A stretch of 64,000 nt of DNA, from the NCBI RefSeq assembly GCF_963921235.1, contig NC_086108.1:40736001-40800000 (forward strand). Reading direction: 5' to 3'. The position numbers and the translations under genes are program-made. The stretch is from Mobula hypostoma. Its lineage: Eukaryota. Shown here piece by piece: positions 13,595-26,208 of the stretch (within the stretch, counting starts at the first letter, position 1; every line of letters starts with the position of its first letter). Under the pieces are notes generated by a model. The model was not told where the DNA came from. It worked only from the letters and a program-made list of their open reading frames with translations, and searched no databases.

Positions 13595-14159
13595 ATGTCA
13601 GTAATTAGGTGCAAGTATAAAACTAAATAGTTATTGACAGGGTGATATGTATGTGTAAATTTACATATTTATTTAGTCGTCTTGACCACAGATTCTACCT
13701 GTCCCTGCTTAACCTTATCTACATCATTCACAATTGTTTCCACATACCAACTACAATACGAAACCAAACAGAAGCCCCTGTAGAATGATACATTAGTACC
13801 TTCCAGATTTATAATCCCACCAAGCACAAGAGCCTCCACCCCATCTGCAGGTCCTCTGCTACTTTGCACATCATCATGACTGAGGAAAATACCGCTAGTC
13901 TTTCATCATTATAGATTCCAAATCTTGGAACACCCTACTCAACAATATTGTGGGACTGCGATAGTTTAAGAAGGTGGCTTTCAATATCCCTATCAAGGGC
14001 TTTTATGGAAGGGATTAAATGCTGGCTCTGGCAGAGATGCCCAGAGAACAAAAAGGTATATACAGTAATAGATAATATTGCTTTGATATGTTATTGAATA
14101 TCACAACTATATCATCTTCTGCCTCAAGGCTTTGACTCCGTTGATGATGAAGATTTCAT

Positions 14160-14775
14160 CATAGGAGCAGAATTAGGCTATTTGGCCCATTGAGTCTGCT
14201 CCACCATTTCATCATGGCTGATCCATTTTGCCTTTCAGCCCCAAGCTCCAGCCTTCTCCCTGTATCCCTTCATGTCCTGAATAATAAAGAATCTATCAAA
14301 CTCTGCCTTAGATCTACTCAATAACTTGGCCTCCTCGCCCACCTGTGGCAATGAATTCCACTGATTCACCACTCTCTGGCTAAAGAAATTCCCCCTCATC
14401 TCCATTCTAAAAGGACACCATTCTATTTTGAGGCTGTGTCCTTTGGTCTTAGACTCCACCACCATAGGCAACAACCTCTCCACATTCACTCTATCGTGGA
14501 CTCTCAACTTTCAATAGGTCTCAATGAGATCCCCCCCCCCGCCCCATTCTTCTAAATTCCAGTGAGTACAGGCCCACAGCCATCAAATGCTCCTCATATG
14601 ACAAGCCTTTCAATCTTGGAATCATTTTCGTGAGCCTCCTTTGAACCATCTCCAGTGTCAGCACATCCTTTCTTAGATAAGGAGACAAAAACTGCTCACA
14701 ATACTCCAACTGAGGCCTCACCAGGGCTTTATAAAGCCTCAACATTACATCCTTGCTTTTAATTTCTAGTCTGCT
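14160..14775 (-). mobile_element. CR1 LINE 3' end (ORF2 C-terminus)
   Basis: LYKALVRPQLEYCEQF...LEFRRM and NFFSQRVVNQWNSLP. Confidence 0.9.
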
Positions 14776-15094
14776 GAATTAGAGAGTTGTCACCTCTGCC
14801 TTTCCACTCTGGATTATTTCCAATGCATACTTTAGCTGTAGCTGCTTCCAATCTCTCTTGGCAGACTTTGTCTGCCCTGTGTTCCAGAGAAATCAGTAAG
14901 TCCAGGTCTTATACCACTCACGAGATCATGAATCACCTCCAGGCATGCAACTGAATGAGCTTGATTCAGGTCATTAACTCCATAAACAATAGGTATTGTG
15001 GACATGTGTCACATGCACTGCAACAATGGCTATGTTAATTTAAGTTTATATGAGTTACATTTTTATGTTTGTCATACTCGTGGGAAAGTGTGGA

Positions 15095-17059
15095 TGAAAC
15101 CGGAGGAAATAGTGGAGGAACTTAATGTAAACAACAGGAATTCTGCAGATGCTGGAAATTCAAGCAACACACATCAAAGTTGCTGGTGAACGCAGCAGGC
15201 CAAGCAGCATCTATAGGAAGAGGCGCAGTCGACGTTTCAGGCCGAGACCCTTCGTCAGACGAAGGGTCTCGGCCTGAAACGTTGACTGCGCCTCTTCCTA
15301 TAGATGCTGCTTGGCCTGCTGCGTTCACCAGCAACTTTGATGTGTGTTGGTTGAGGAACTTAATGAATACTTTGCTTCAGTATTCACTATGGAAAAGGAT
15401 CTTGGCGATTGTAAGGATGACTTGCAGTGTTCTGAAAAGCTTGAGAATGTAGATATTATGAAAGAGGATTTGCTGGAGCTTTTGGAAAGCATCAAGTTGG
15501 ATAAGTCACCGGGACCAGATGGGATGTACCCCAGGCTACTGTGGGAAGCGAGGGAGGAGATTGCGGAGCCTCTGGCAATGATATTTCCATCATCAATGAG
15601 GACGGGAGAGGTTCCGGAGGATTGGAGGGTTGCGGATGTTGTTCCCTTATTCAAGAAAGGGAGTAAGGATAGCCCAGGAAATTATAGGCCAATGAGTCTT
15701 ACTTCAATGCTTGGTAAGTTGATGGAGAAGATCCTGAGAGGCAGGATTTATGAACATTTGGAGAGGCATGATGTGATTAGGAATGGTCAGCATGGCTGTG
15801 TCAAAGGCCGGTTGTGCCTTACGAGCCTGATTGAATTTCCTGAGGATGTGACTAAACGCATTGATGAAGGTAGAGTTGTAGATGTAGTGTATATGGATTT
15901 CAGCAAGGCATTTGATAAGGTACCCCATGCAAGGCTTATTGAGAAAGTAAGGAGGCATGGGGTCCAAGGGGACATTGCTTTGTGGATCCAGAATTGGCTT
16001 GCCCACAGAAGGTAAAGAGTGGTTGTAGACGGGTCATATTCTGCATGGAGGCTGGTGACAAGTAGCGTGCCTCAGGGATCTGTTCTGGGACCCCTACTCT
16101 TTGTGATTTTTATTAATAACCTGGATGAGGAAGTGGAGGGATGGGTTAGTAAATTTGCTAATGACACAAAGGTTGGAGGTGTTGTGGAAAGTGTGGAGGA
16201 CTGTCAGAGGTTACAGCGGGACATTGATAGAATGTAAAACTGGGCTGAGAAGTGGCAAATGGAGTTCAACCCAGATTAAGTGTGAGGTGGTTCATTTTGG
16301 TAGGTCAAATATGAAGGCAGAATATAGTATTAATGGTAAGACTCTTGGCAGTGTGGAGGATCAGAGAGATCTTGGGGTCAGTCCTCAGGACACTCAAAGC
16401 TACAGTGCAGGTTGACTCTGTGGTTAAGAAGGCATACAGTGCATTGGCCTTCATCATTCGTGGGATTGAGTTTAAGAGCTGAGAGGTAATGTTGCAGCTA
16501 TATATGACCTTGGTCAGACCCCACTTGGAGTACTGTGCTCAATTCTGGTCGCCTCACTATAGGAAGGATGTGCAAACCATAGAAAGGGTGCAGAGGAGAT
16601 TTATAAGGATGTTACCTGGATCGGGGAGCATGCCTTATGAGAATTGGTTGAGTGAACTTGGCTTTTTCTCCTTGGAGCGACGGAGGATGAGAGGTGACCT
16701 GACAGAGGTGTACAAGATAATGAGAGCCATTGACCATGTGGATAGTTAGAGGCTTTTCCCCAGGGCTGAAATGGCTAGCATGAGAGGGTATAGTTTTAAG
16801 GTGCTTGGAAGTAGGTACAGAGGAGATGTCGGGGTAAGATTTTTACACAGAGAGTGGTGAGACTGTGGAATGGGCTGCCAGCGGCGGTGGTGGAGGCGGA
16901 AACGATAGGGTCTTTTAAGAGACTCTTGGATGGCTACATGGAGCTTAGAAAAATAGAGGGTTATGGATAAAGCCTAGGTATTTCTAAGGTAGGGACATTT
17001 TTGGTACAGCTTTGTGGGCTGAAGGGCCTGTATTGTGCTGTATATTTTCTATGTTTCTA
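15095..17059 (+). mobile_element. 5'-truncated CR1 LINE (ORF2 RT), interrupted at 15128-15352
   Basis: KSPGPDGMYPR, NYRPMSLTS, VYMDFSKAFDKVPH, VPQGSVLGPLLF, SKFAND and LVRPHLEYCAQFWSP, with a tail of ttctatgtttcta. Confidence 0.93.
15128..15352. mobile_element. Young Penelope-derived palindromic insertion with 13-bp TSD
   Basis: Arms 15165-15256 and 15258-15349 are reverse complements with 1 mismatch. The insert is flanked by GAGGAACTTAATG at 15115-15127 and 15353-15365. Confidence 0.9.
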
Positions 17060-18175
17060 AAGTAAGGAGGCATGGGATCCAAGGGGAACTTGCTTTGTGG
17101 ATCCAGAACTGGCTTGCTCACAGAAGGTAAAGAGTGGTTGTAGACGGGTCACATTCTGCATGGAGGTCGGTGGCCAGTGGTGTGCCACAGGGATCTGTTC
17201 TGGGACACCTTATCTTCATCATTTTTATAAGTAACCTGCATGATGAAGTGAAGGGATGGGTTAGTAAATTTGCTGAAGACAGAAAGGTTGGTGGCATTGT
17301 GGATAGTGTGGAGGGCTGTCAGATATTACAGTGGGACATCGATAGGATACAAAACTCGCCTGAGAAGTGACAGATGGCATGCAACCCAGATAAGTGTGAA
17401 GTGGTTCATTTTGTTAGGTCAAATATGATGGCTGAATATAGTATTAATGGTAAGGCTCTTGGCACTGTGAAGGATCAGAGGGATCTTAGGGTCCAAGTGC
17501 ATCGGACACTCAAAGCTGCTGTGCAAGTTGACTCTGTGATTAAGAAGGCATACGGTGCATCAGCTTTCATCAACCGTAGGATTAAGTTTAAGAGCCGAGA
17601 GGTAATGTTGCAGCTATATAGGACCCTGGTCAGACCCCATTTGGAGTATTGTCTTCAGTTCTAGTCACCTCAGTACAGGAAAGATGTGGAAACTATAGAA
17701 AGGGTGCACAGGAGACTTACAAGGATGTTGCCTGGATTGGGGAGCATGTCTTATGGGAATAGGTTGAGTGAACTTGGCCTTTTCTCCTTGGAATGGCGAA
17801 GGATGAGGGGTGACCTGATGGAGGTGTATAAGATGATGAGAGGCGTTGATCGTGTGGATAGGCAGAGGCTTTTTCCCAGGGCTGAAATGGCTAACATGAG
17901 AGGGCACAGGTTTAAAGTGCTTGGAAGTAGGTACAGGGGATGTCAGGGGTAAGTTTTTTATGCAGAGAGTGGTGAGTGTGTGGAATGGACTGCCGGCAAC
18001 GGTGGTGGAGGCAGATACGATAGTGCCTTTTAAGAAACTCCTGGATAGATACATGGAGATTAGAAAAATAGAGGACTACCGGTAACCCAAGTTAATTTCT
18101 AATGTAAGTGCATGTTCAGCACAACATTGTGGGCTGAAGGGCCTGTATTGTTCTGTAGGTTTTCTAGGTTTCTAT
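17060..18175 (+). mobile_element. Second CR1 LINE 3' fragment, head-to-tail with the first
   Basis: Aligns to 15945-17059 (VPQGSVLG, SKFAED, LVRPHLEY) with scattered substitutions. Confidence 0.92.
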
Positions 18176-19974
18176 GCTTTGTAGCAAATTGTGTTTCTGC
18201 TGCTAAAAGGTAACTGTCATGGCATTTCTACCCTGTGTATGTATACCCACAACAATAACCTTGAACTTCATAATCTGAATTGTTTGAAATCATCTCACCG
18301 AATGCCAAACATCTTCCACCTTATTAGTGGATACTTGAAATAGCACAGCCATTCTCCAGACTCTGTGATGAACCAGTTCTCAACTTTCTCCCCTGAACTG
18401 CTCGAAACTGAGGACTGCATGTAATCTCATTGCTCTAAAATTGCAAAAGCACTTTTTAAGTGAAACTCTCAACTTTGGCTGCTCGTTAGAACTATCCTCC
18501 ATTTTGGGAGATTGACCCATAGTCCAGTTTACTCGTTGTATGCTTTGCTGTACAGTTAGTCTTTTTACTTGGTGAAGCCTTCTGCAGACGTTTCAATAAC
18601 AGGCACCTTCTAGCCAAGAGCTCTGCTGCTGTTATACTGCTGTACTTATTTATACTGCTATACTGCTGTACTCACTCTATTTATTGCCCTGCAGCAAAGT
18701 AAGGGTGCAGCTCTTGCTGGCAGATACCCAATCAGGCAGTACTGCAAACCCATGTCTTTTTAAAAATATACTCTCAATCTTCTTTTTCCTCATATTTTTC
18801 ATTGATATTATCAATTCATGTTCTAAACCCACTCCTGGGAATATACCTCTTCTGTACACTTCTGGCTTACGTACCCCGATAAGGACTTGCATTTTGCTGA
18901 TCTGAGCCAGACTTCGTATTCCTTGTTAAATGGGTTATCATCAGACTCCATCTGCAGTGATGCGGATGACATCTCGTGTGGCTGTTCCACACTGTTGCCC
19001 CCTTTGTCTGAACCAAATGAGTACTGCTGTCTTTGCCAGCAGCTACTTGCTTCAGCGATCCTATATGCACTTGACTATCTAAACACGGGCATTCCGAGGT
19101 GAGAAGGTTCCCAGAACATCCCTTGCAAAGCTGCCCCCCTTTTAACATTGACGTCTACTGGTCCTTTGCCAAACTCACTTACAACATTCACATGACTGAA
19201 TTCCAAAGAAAAACGCCACCTGTCAAGCACCGGGATGTTAAAGTATTATATATTCTGTTGCTGTTAGCCAGCATTACTTTAGCAAATGGAAAGAAGTGGC
19301 CTTGAGGATCAAAACTGGAAGCCTTCTTATTCAAATTCTATTTCAGCGACTTGAGCACAAAGCTCTAAGCCATATCTACCGCAGTGTTACAGCATTGCTA
19401 GTAGTGCTTGCAGGCGTTCTATCAAACAAAGATCTTTTCAGCTCCCACAAGAGAAAGTAAAAGACCTCATAATATTATTTGATGGATGAGCAAAAGAAGC
19501 AATCCCCAGTACAATAGCTTTCCCCCATTCAACATCTCTAAAGAAGATCATTTGGTCATTACCATCATCATTACTTATGACTACTTTGAGCAAGATTTCT
19601 GTGGTCTAAATTGGACACCTTTATTTCTTTTCCTTACCTGAAAACGTGGATAATTTATGTTTGATTTTGCTTATCGTGTGATTGCTGATTATCCATGCAT
19701 TTGTCCAGCATCCTCTTTGATACTCTATCATCAGGCAGGAGACTCTGATGCATAAAGACAAGAATGGTCAGGGTGGGAAACAGTTTCTTTAGGCTTCTGA
19801 ACTCTCTGCTGCATCACATTTGAAGTTTCACTGGATGATTTGTACTATACCCTACAATGTTTAATTTATGCACATTTGTTATCTATGTGTAATTCATGTG
19901 TAGGTTTAATTCTTACTTTCCTAAGTTATTGCGTGTTTTATATGTGTGTTATGTATAGTATAGTATAGTATAGT

Positions 19975-20296
19975 CATCCGTTAGTCTCGTGAGACTATGG
20001 ATTTGCACCTTGCAAGGTTTCCAGGGCGCAGGCAGTTGCCCATGCTGCAAGTCTCCCCTCTCCACGACAGCAATGTTGTCCAAGGGAAGGGCAAGGGCCA
20101 ATACAGCCTGGCGCCAGTGTCGTTGCAGGACAACGTCGGACTGCCTTAGGGACTCCAGCTCCAGATTTGTCCTCAGGGTTTACTCCCGAAACCTTTCCCA
20201 TGAGTGGGTATGGCCGCAAGGCAGCGGAGGTTTGAAATCAGTTTTCCCTCTCTGAGATGGACTGCCTTCCCAGGCTGACGAGCTCCATCTACCCGA
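19975..20296 (-). repeat. Unclassified interspersed repeat (same family as 30805-31290 and 63738-64000)
   Basis: The reverse complement matches ~31000-31290 (ctcaaacct...gctgccttg.ggc.ataccca...ggagaggggga.cttgc). Confidence 0.65.
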
Positions 20297-21802
20297 CTCT
20301 ATATGACTCTATGACCCGTGCGTATATGTACTTGTGCATATAGCAATCAATTTGATTTTGACTTTGACATTTTATCCTTCAGTAGTGATATGCAGGACAT
20401 TGATGTTGGGGGACTGGTTTGTCAAGAAGAGTGGCTGATGCTAGTTCTTGCAGGAGATGGCAATTGGCTGGCACGTATGCGGCAAAAGTATTTTTTACCA
20501 CTATAGGTCCATGTCTGGTCATTATCCAGATTTTACACATCTGCAGAGCTGGACAAGGGATTTGTGATATGAAGAGCTGCAGGTGGAACAGCACAAAGAG
20601 TTTTCTATCCTTGTTCTCAACCAATATTTAAACTCTGATTCCTTGTAACAATTGCCCACCAGCAGAAAACCATTTTGAATATGACACATGCTTTGAATGG
20701 CAAAGTGCCTCCAGTCATCTAATTTTAAACTTACCTTTTATCAGTATGTATATTCAGCTTCTGTTCCTACAGTCATGGTTCAAATTAAAACCATGTACCA
20801 GATTATTCTTTCCTGGTCACTTGTTCTCCTGTGTAGTTCTGCTTTCAAGGTTGACGTTTAAACCAAACCTTTCCCTGGCCCCGACATCATCCCTTTGATT
20901 CCATTGCAGCACTGCATCCATATTTCCGATGTTTTCTTTGCTCCTGGGAGACCAAAATGTATCCACCCCCATCCCTCCCAAATTCTACCTCTCATAAAGA
21001 AACTATATCATTCATTGAGCTGAGTAATTTTCAAGGTACCTAAATTCATTCCAAAACTAATATGTGAGCTTTTGCATGTCTGTAAGCTTTGCTTAGCAGA
21101 GGGTGGATTCTATTTTTGGAGTTCTGCTGATGTACTGCTTCCTCTGGAACAGCCACTCAACACATTATCCAGAATATTATCAGTTTCTTACACACATTTT
21201 GTAGAAATGGGTGCCAACTAAACGCTGACCAATCCATATGGGCTGAGTCACTGAAGGTGCAGATCTATAAAGAGATGTATTTTGCAATTTCTGGATTCAG
21301 GTGTTTCAATTACAATATGAAGGAAAGGAAAGGATCCCGAACAGGATAGGAGAAATTGCCAAACAAGGAATGTGTCTCAACACTGATAAACACATTCCTG
21401 TTACCTTTACAACTCATAACGAAAAAACAATGTTAATATCAGGAAATAAAGAATGTTTAGAAAATGTGGGGACCATGGCGCAAGACACCGGTGTTCCATC
21501 TTTGCCCCAGCCGTCGTTTTTGGCTAACAGTTGCACACAGTGGAACTAATATAAATGAGAGTTATTACCCCATGAAGCCTAGAAATTGTTCTGTGCCTTG
21601 ATAAGTGCTTAACAGGGTAGTGACAAGTTGCAGCAACTGTTTCATTCATGAATCTGTCACTGAACTTAGAAACTTTATTGTGTATATATCCTTGTTAGAA
21701 CTCTAAGGGCCAAGTTGGAGAATGGACAGGGTTTTTCAGACCACTTATAACTCAAGACCTTCATTTCCAGTAACATACTTGTGAATCTGTTAGACCAGGA
21801 GA

Positions 21803-22410
21803 CCATAAGATACGGGAGCAGAATTAGGTCTTTTGGCCTATCGAGTCTGCTCCTCCATTTCATCATGGCTGATCCAATTTTCCTCTCATCCCCAATCGCC
21901 TGCCTTCCAGCACTCCCCCCCCCATATCCCTTCACACCCTGACCAATCAAGAAACTATCAACCTCTGCCTTAAATATACATAAAGGCTTGGCTTCCACAG
22001 TTGCCTGTGGCAAAGAATTCTTAAATGCCTCTTCTCCTCTCTGTCTACCTATCTCTCCACTTTCAGAGAACTGTGTATTGTACCCCTTGGTCTCTCTGTT
22101 CTAGAACAATCTCCAGGGCCCTGTTATTTACTCTGTAGTCCAACTGAGGTTAATTTACCAAAACACGAAACATCACACATGCCCGAGCTAAAACCGATCT
22201 ACCAATCCTTGGCTCGCTTTCCACTTGATTTAGATCTGTTGCAATCCTAGATAACCTTCTTCACTGACCATTATATGCCCAACATTAGGATCAACCACAA
22301 ACATATTAACCATGCCAATTACACTTTCATCCAAATTGTTAATATAGATGACAAACGACAATGGACTCAGCACGATTGCTGTGGCACATCACTGATTGTT
22401 GCCTTCCTAC
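21803..22410 (-). mobile_element. CR1 LINE 3' end plus older CR1 RT fragment
   Basis: Shared CR1 terminus, ORF 21675-22013 (LPQATVEAK...FKAEVDSFL) and a decayed gvpq motif near 22370-22395. Confidence 0.7.
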
Positions 22411-24269
22411 ATAACTGCATAGGAAACAATTGCTGTGCAGACAAATTTCATCTCTGGCTGTCTTCAAGGTGACAGATGTTATGTTGTTACAACCATTGTT
22501 CCTGTGAGGGGAGGGGGAACGCTTTATTCAGATATTTTCATCAGGTCTAACCAGGGCTTGATTAGACTTTAGCAGCCGCTGTGTAATTTTGCCAGAGGGC
22601 CAGGAAACCCGGCTGTGAAAGAGAGACAGGGACAACTGGCTCCAGCAGGTAAGTCAGTCTCTTGCACAGCTTCTGGGAGATGAAAAGAGGGGCATTTTCA
22701 CCCTCAGGTCCTCAAGGAAACCGTCAGTTTTTCCTCTGTCAATTATGACCGCTGTTTCCCCATTCTTACTCACCCACCCACCCACCCCTCTGGTGCAAAA
22801 GCATGCCTTTATCTCCTCCACAATTGTTACCCTCTAATGGATCCTATGAGTCAATTCTTCAGTCTCACCCCCTACTTGCTCCTTGAATGCAGAGATCCAC
22901 CCCTAAAGGTGTTGGCTTCTGTTCCCTTACTTGTCTCTCTAAGTGGATGGGAAATAGAATTAAAATTATAAGGAGGTCCTGTCATAAAATTAAGGGAAAC
23001 CATGTGCTGAATTCTACCCCCCCACCCCCCCATTAATGAATATTGGTAAACCAGGTGAATTTTGCAAACTATATATCAGTTATACATCTCTGCACTTTCT
23101 GGAGTTATACCTAGAACACCAGGAGATAACTGTGACAGATAGAGGCTATTTATCTCTACCTGAGAGCATTGTTGAAGGAGTTGCTTAGATCAAGGTCCTA
23201 GATTTTCGTCATTCCTAGAGCATTCAAACTGATTTGATATTGCAAACCTTAGGTAATCAATCCAGTTTTATAACCATTACAGTACTCAACCCAACTGGAA
23301 GCAGAGGTGACAAACTGCTGAGAGGAGGAGGAAGGCAGTGGGAGGGTGGTGACCTTCTTCACCATCAATACTGCAGTGTTCTTGTGACTTTTTCAGCAAA
23401 GGGTGTGCTTGAAGGGTTAGAGCTGGGAGTGAAAGACAATAGGCCTTTGCAAGATTATAATCATAATGTTTCACTAATGAGAACAAAAATAATCATGGCT
23501 AGGAAACAAGAAGCATAAATTTGACAGAAAAGGTAAAACAAGAAGTAATTTTAAAGCCGGAGCGAGCAATCTATAATAAAGAAGATCATATGTGTCTCAA
23601 AATACAGGTTATAAAGGACTATATGATCTAACACCAGATGAAAGAACAAGATCTGTAAATATGCATTAAGGCAAAGGAAACTGAAAGCTGAATATGTTAG
23701 GACATCAAACGATAACCACGTGGTAGATTGGTGAAGTCTGATCTTTTGTCTTGAACTTTTCTTATTTACTATTTTCTATTTGCTTTCTGTTTAAAATGAA
23801 ACATAAAAGCAATAGACTTTTTTAAATGGAATGCTGCATTGCTTTTTTGCTAAAAACAAATCTGTTTATTCCTTTAGGGATGAAGCAAAAATAAATGCCA
23901 AGGTGCAAGGAATTAGAGCATATGTAATTCAGTTTCCAGATCTGTCGGTACACAAGAGATAAAGAAAATTGATGTAGCTTGGCAAATTTCTCTTGCTTGA
24001 GTGTTGTAAAACCTACACTGAGAGATATATAGCACAGTTCTCTAAAAATAGTGCCTGCAATAAGTAACCTAATCTGATTGTTCATTCTGCAACACATTCT
24101 GTTTATTCCAATAATATGCACTCAGCCTCTTTTAAACTATGAATTATGTGTGAGATTAAATCATTAATTATTTTAAGCCAATAAGGTTTAAACTTGGAAT
24201 TGAATTAACACAATTCAATGTGAATCAAGGAAACCTCTACACTATCTGGAGTCATACGTAGAACAACAG

Positions 24270-25080
24270 GAGATGGTTGTGGTCGTTGAAGGCCATTTAT
24301 CTCAGACCCAGAGATTATTGAAGGAGTTTCTCAGAGCAGCGTCCTAGACCTAATAATGTTCAGATGTTTCATCTTGAGTCAGTAGTAGAGATGTCTGCTG
24401 ATGATTGCATGGTATTCAATTTCATTCAGGCAGTTGAAATAGCTTCATCTGCAAAAAGTCTAACCACGTCCTCTTGACATTCAAAAGCATTACAATTGTC
24501 CATCATTGTCCATCAATACCCTTTAGTCATCTTAACTTGACCTGCAACTTGCCATAGGTAATATCACGGCCACAATAAAGGTTAGAGGCTGAGCTTTCTG
24601 CAATAATGGACTTACCTCCCAACACTCAAAAGATTTTCAACCCTTTATAATGTAGTTCGGAGATTAGTAGAATACTTTTTACATATGTACTTCAATGAAA
24701 AGTGCTCCCAACAGTCAAGACACCCCACAAAGTAGCCCACTTAGTTTACATGTCATCGATTGCCTTACACACGCTTAACAATTCACATTCTCAGCAACAT
24801 CTGCCCCGTGGCTGCACTGGAAATAATCTGAAAGGTGAATTTCAGCCATTTGACAAGCTTGCTCTGTAGTATCTTCCACATCTGTATAGAGAGTTTTGAG
24901 CACCGCTACCTGGAGGATCCCCTCTAAATCATGCATCATGTGATTTAGAAATATATTGCCAATCCTCTTTTCTCATTAGATGAAAATTCTGGATGTTTCC
25001 ATCCAGCAGCATTGGAGTACCTTCACCAGAAGAACTATTAAGGTTCATGAAGGTGATTCATCGCCACCATCTTGAAGGCA
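24270..25080 (+). mobile_element. Ancient CR1/L2-group LINE RT fragment
   Basis: ggagtttctcagagcagcgtcctagacc (GVSQSSVL) and tctgctgatgat (ADD). Related to the reverse complement of 1761-2400. Confidence 0.45.
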
Positions 25081-25917
25081 GTAATGGATAGCTATCTATT
25101 GCCTATCATGTTGAAGGGCCTTTGTCCTGAAATGTTAACTCTGTTTCTCCCTTCACACATGCTGCCCAGCCTGCTGGCTATTTTTCACTGTTCTCTGTTT
25201 TTATGACGAAGTCTGGGCAATACTGCAGTGACGACCAGACCTTGTCAATGAACTCACAGCAAGGACACAAAATTGTTCAGTTAGACTTGTCTCTCTGAAA
25301 AGCTTTTAGCCGTGTTCCATATGGAAGGCATTTAGGTAGGTTCAGCCAACTGTCAGGCTGGCTTAAACATGGGAATAAATGAAAGAAGTAGCTGGAAAAA
25401 AAAGCTGTTAAGCAAGTTACTTCAGGATCTTACTGCTGAGTGCAAAGCCCCAGTGACTGGTATTGGCATTGCACTGGCATCTAATTTATACCCTTGGTTT
25501 AATTCACGCCTGTGCTTGGCTGCAGGGTCCATGGACAAACATGGGCACTGTAGTGTGTGTGTGTGGCAGCATGCCCTGGCCTTCCAAATGTGTTCACTGT
25601 TGGATTGGTCAGGATTGTGATGGAACTCATACATCTGACCTCTTGCTGTGCCCCAGGACTCAACTCTAATTCAGCAGTTGTTGCGGAGCCAAGGGGTAGG
25701 ATATTTTTATCGCACCTAATGTAAAGTAGTTTCATGCATATATATATTTAAATTTTTTTTTGGATTTCTTTAAGAATGTTCAGATTTTTTCAGATGTTTC
25801 CGATTGTCAGAAGGTTATCAGGGCCATCCAGGACTAGTGAGCTTAGGCCTCGCTAATTGCGGCTAAGTGTCTTGATCAGGATGAGGCACAGACCCTGAAC
25901 TTGGTGCTTGGGCCCAG

Positions 25918-26208
25918 TAAGTTTCAAATACTAGAGGACGCGGATTTAAAGCGAGAGAGGCAAAATTTGAGATGAGCTGGACAAATTTTTTACACAGAGT
26001 GTGGCGGGTGTACAGAATAGGCAGCTGAGGGCAGTTGTGAAATAACAGATGACAGTGGTGTTTAAGAGGCTGTGAGAAAGGCAGATGGATATGTAGGGAA
26101 TGGAGGAACATAGTTCATGTAGGGGCAGAAGAGATTTGTTTAATCTGGCATCATGGACACCAGATGTAGCGTGGGCCAAAGGATCCACTTTTGCTCTGTA
26201 CCGTTCTG
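25918..26208 (+). mobile_element. CR1 LINE 3' end
   Basis: actagagg...tttaaag...ttttttacacagagtgtgg...gtgggccaaagg...tgctctgtaccgttct is a typical CR1 terminus. Confidence 0.7.

Noticed and set aside
15122..15452. Two near-identical ORFs on opposite strands (MLVNAAGQAASIGRG...)
   Set aside because: They are an artefact of the palindrome, not genes.
18827..19148. Non-repetitive stretch with open frames on both strands and a possible AG|GTGAGA donor near 19098
   Set aside because: The translations resemble no protein I recognise and there is no convincing acceptor. An exon cannot be excluded without RNA-seq or conservation data.
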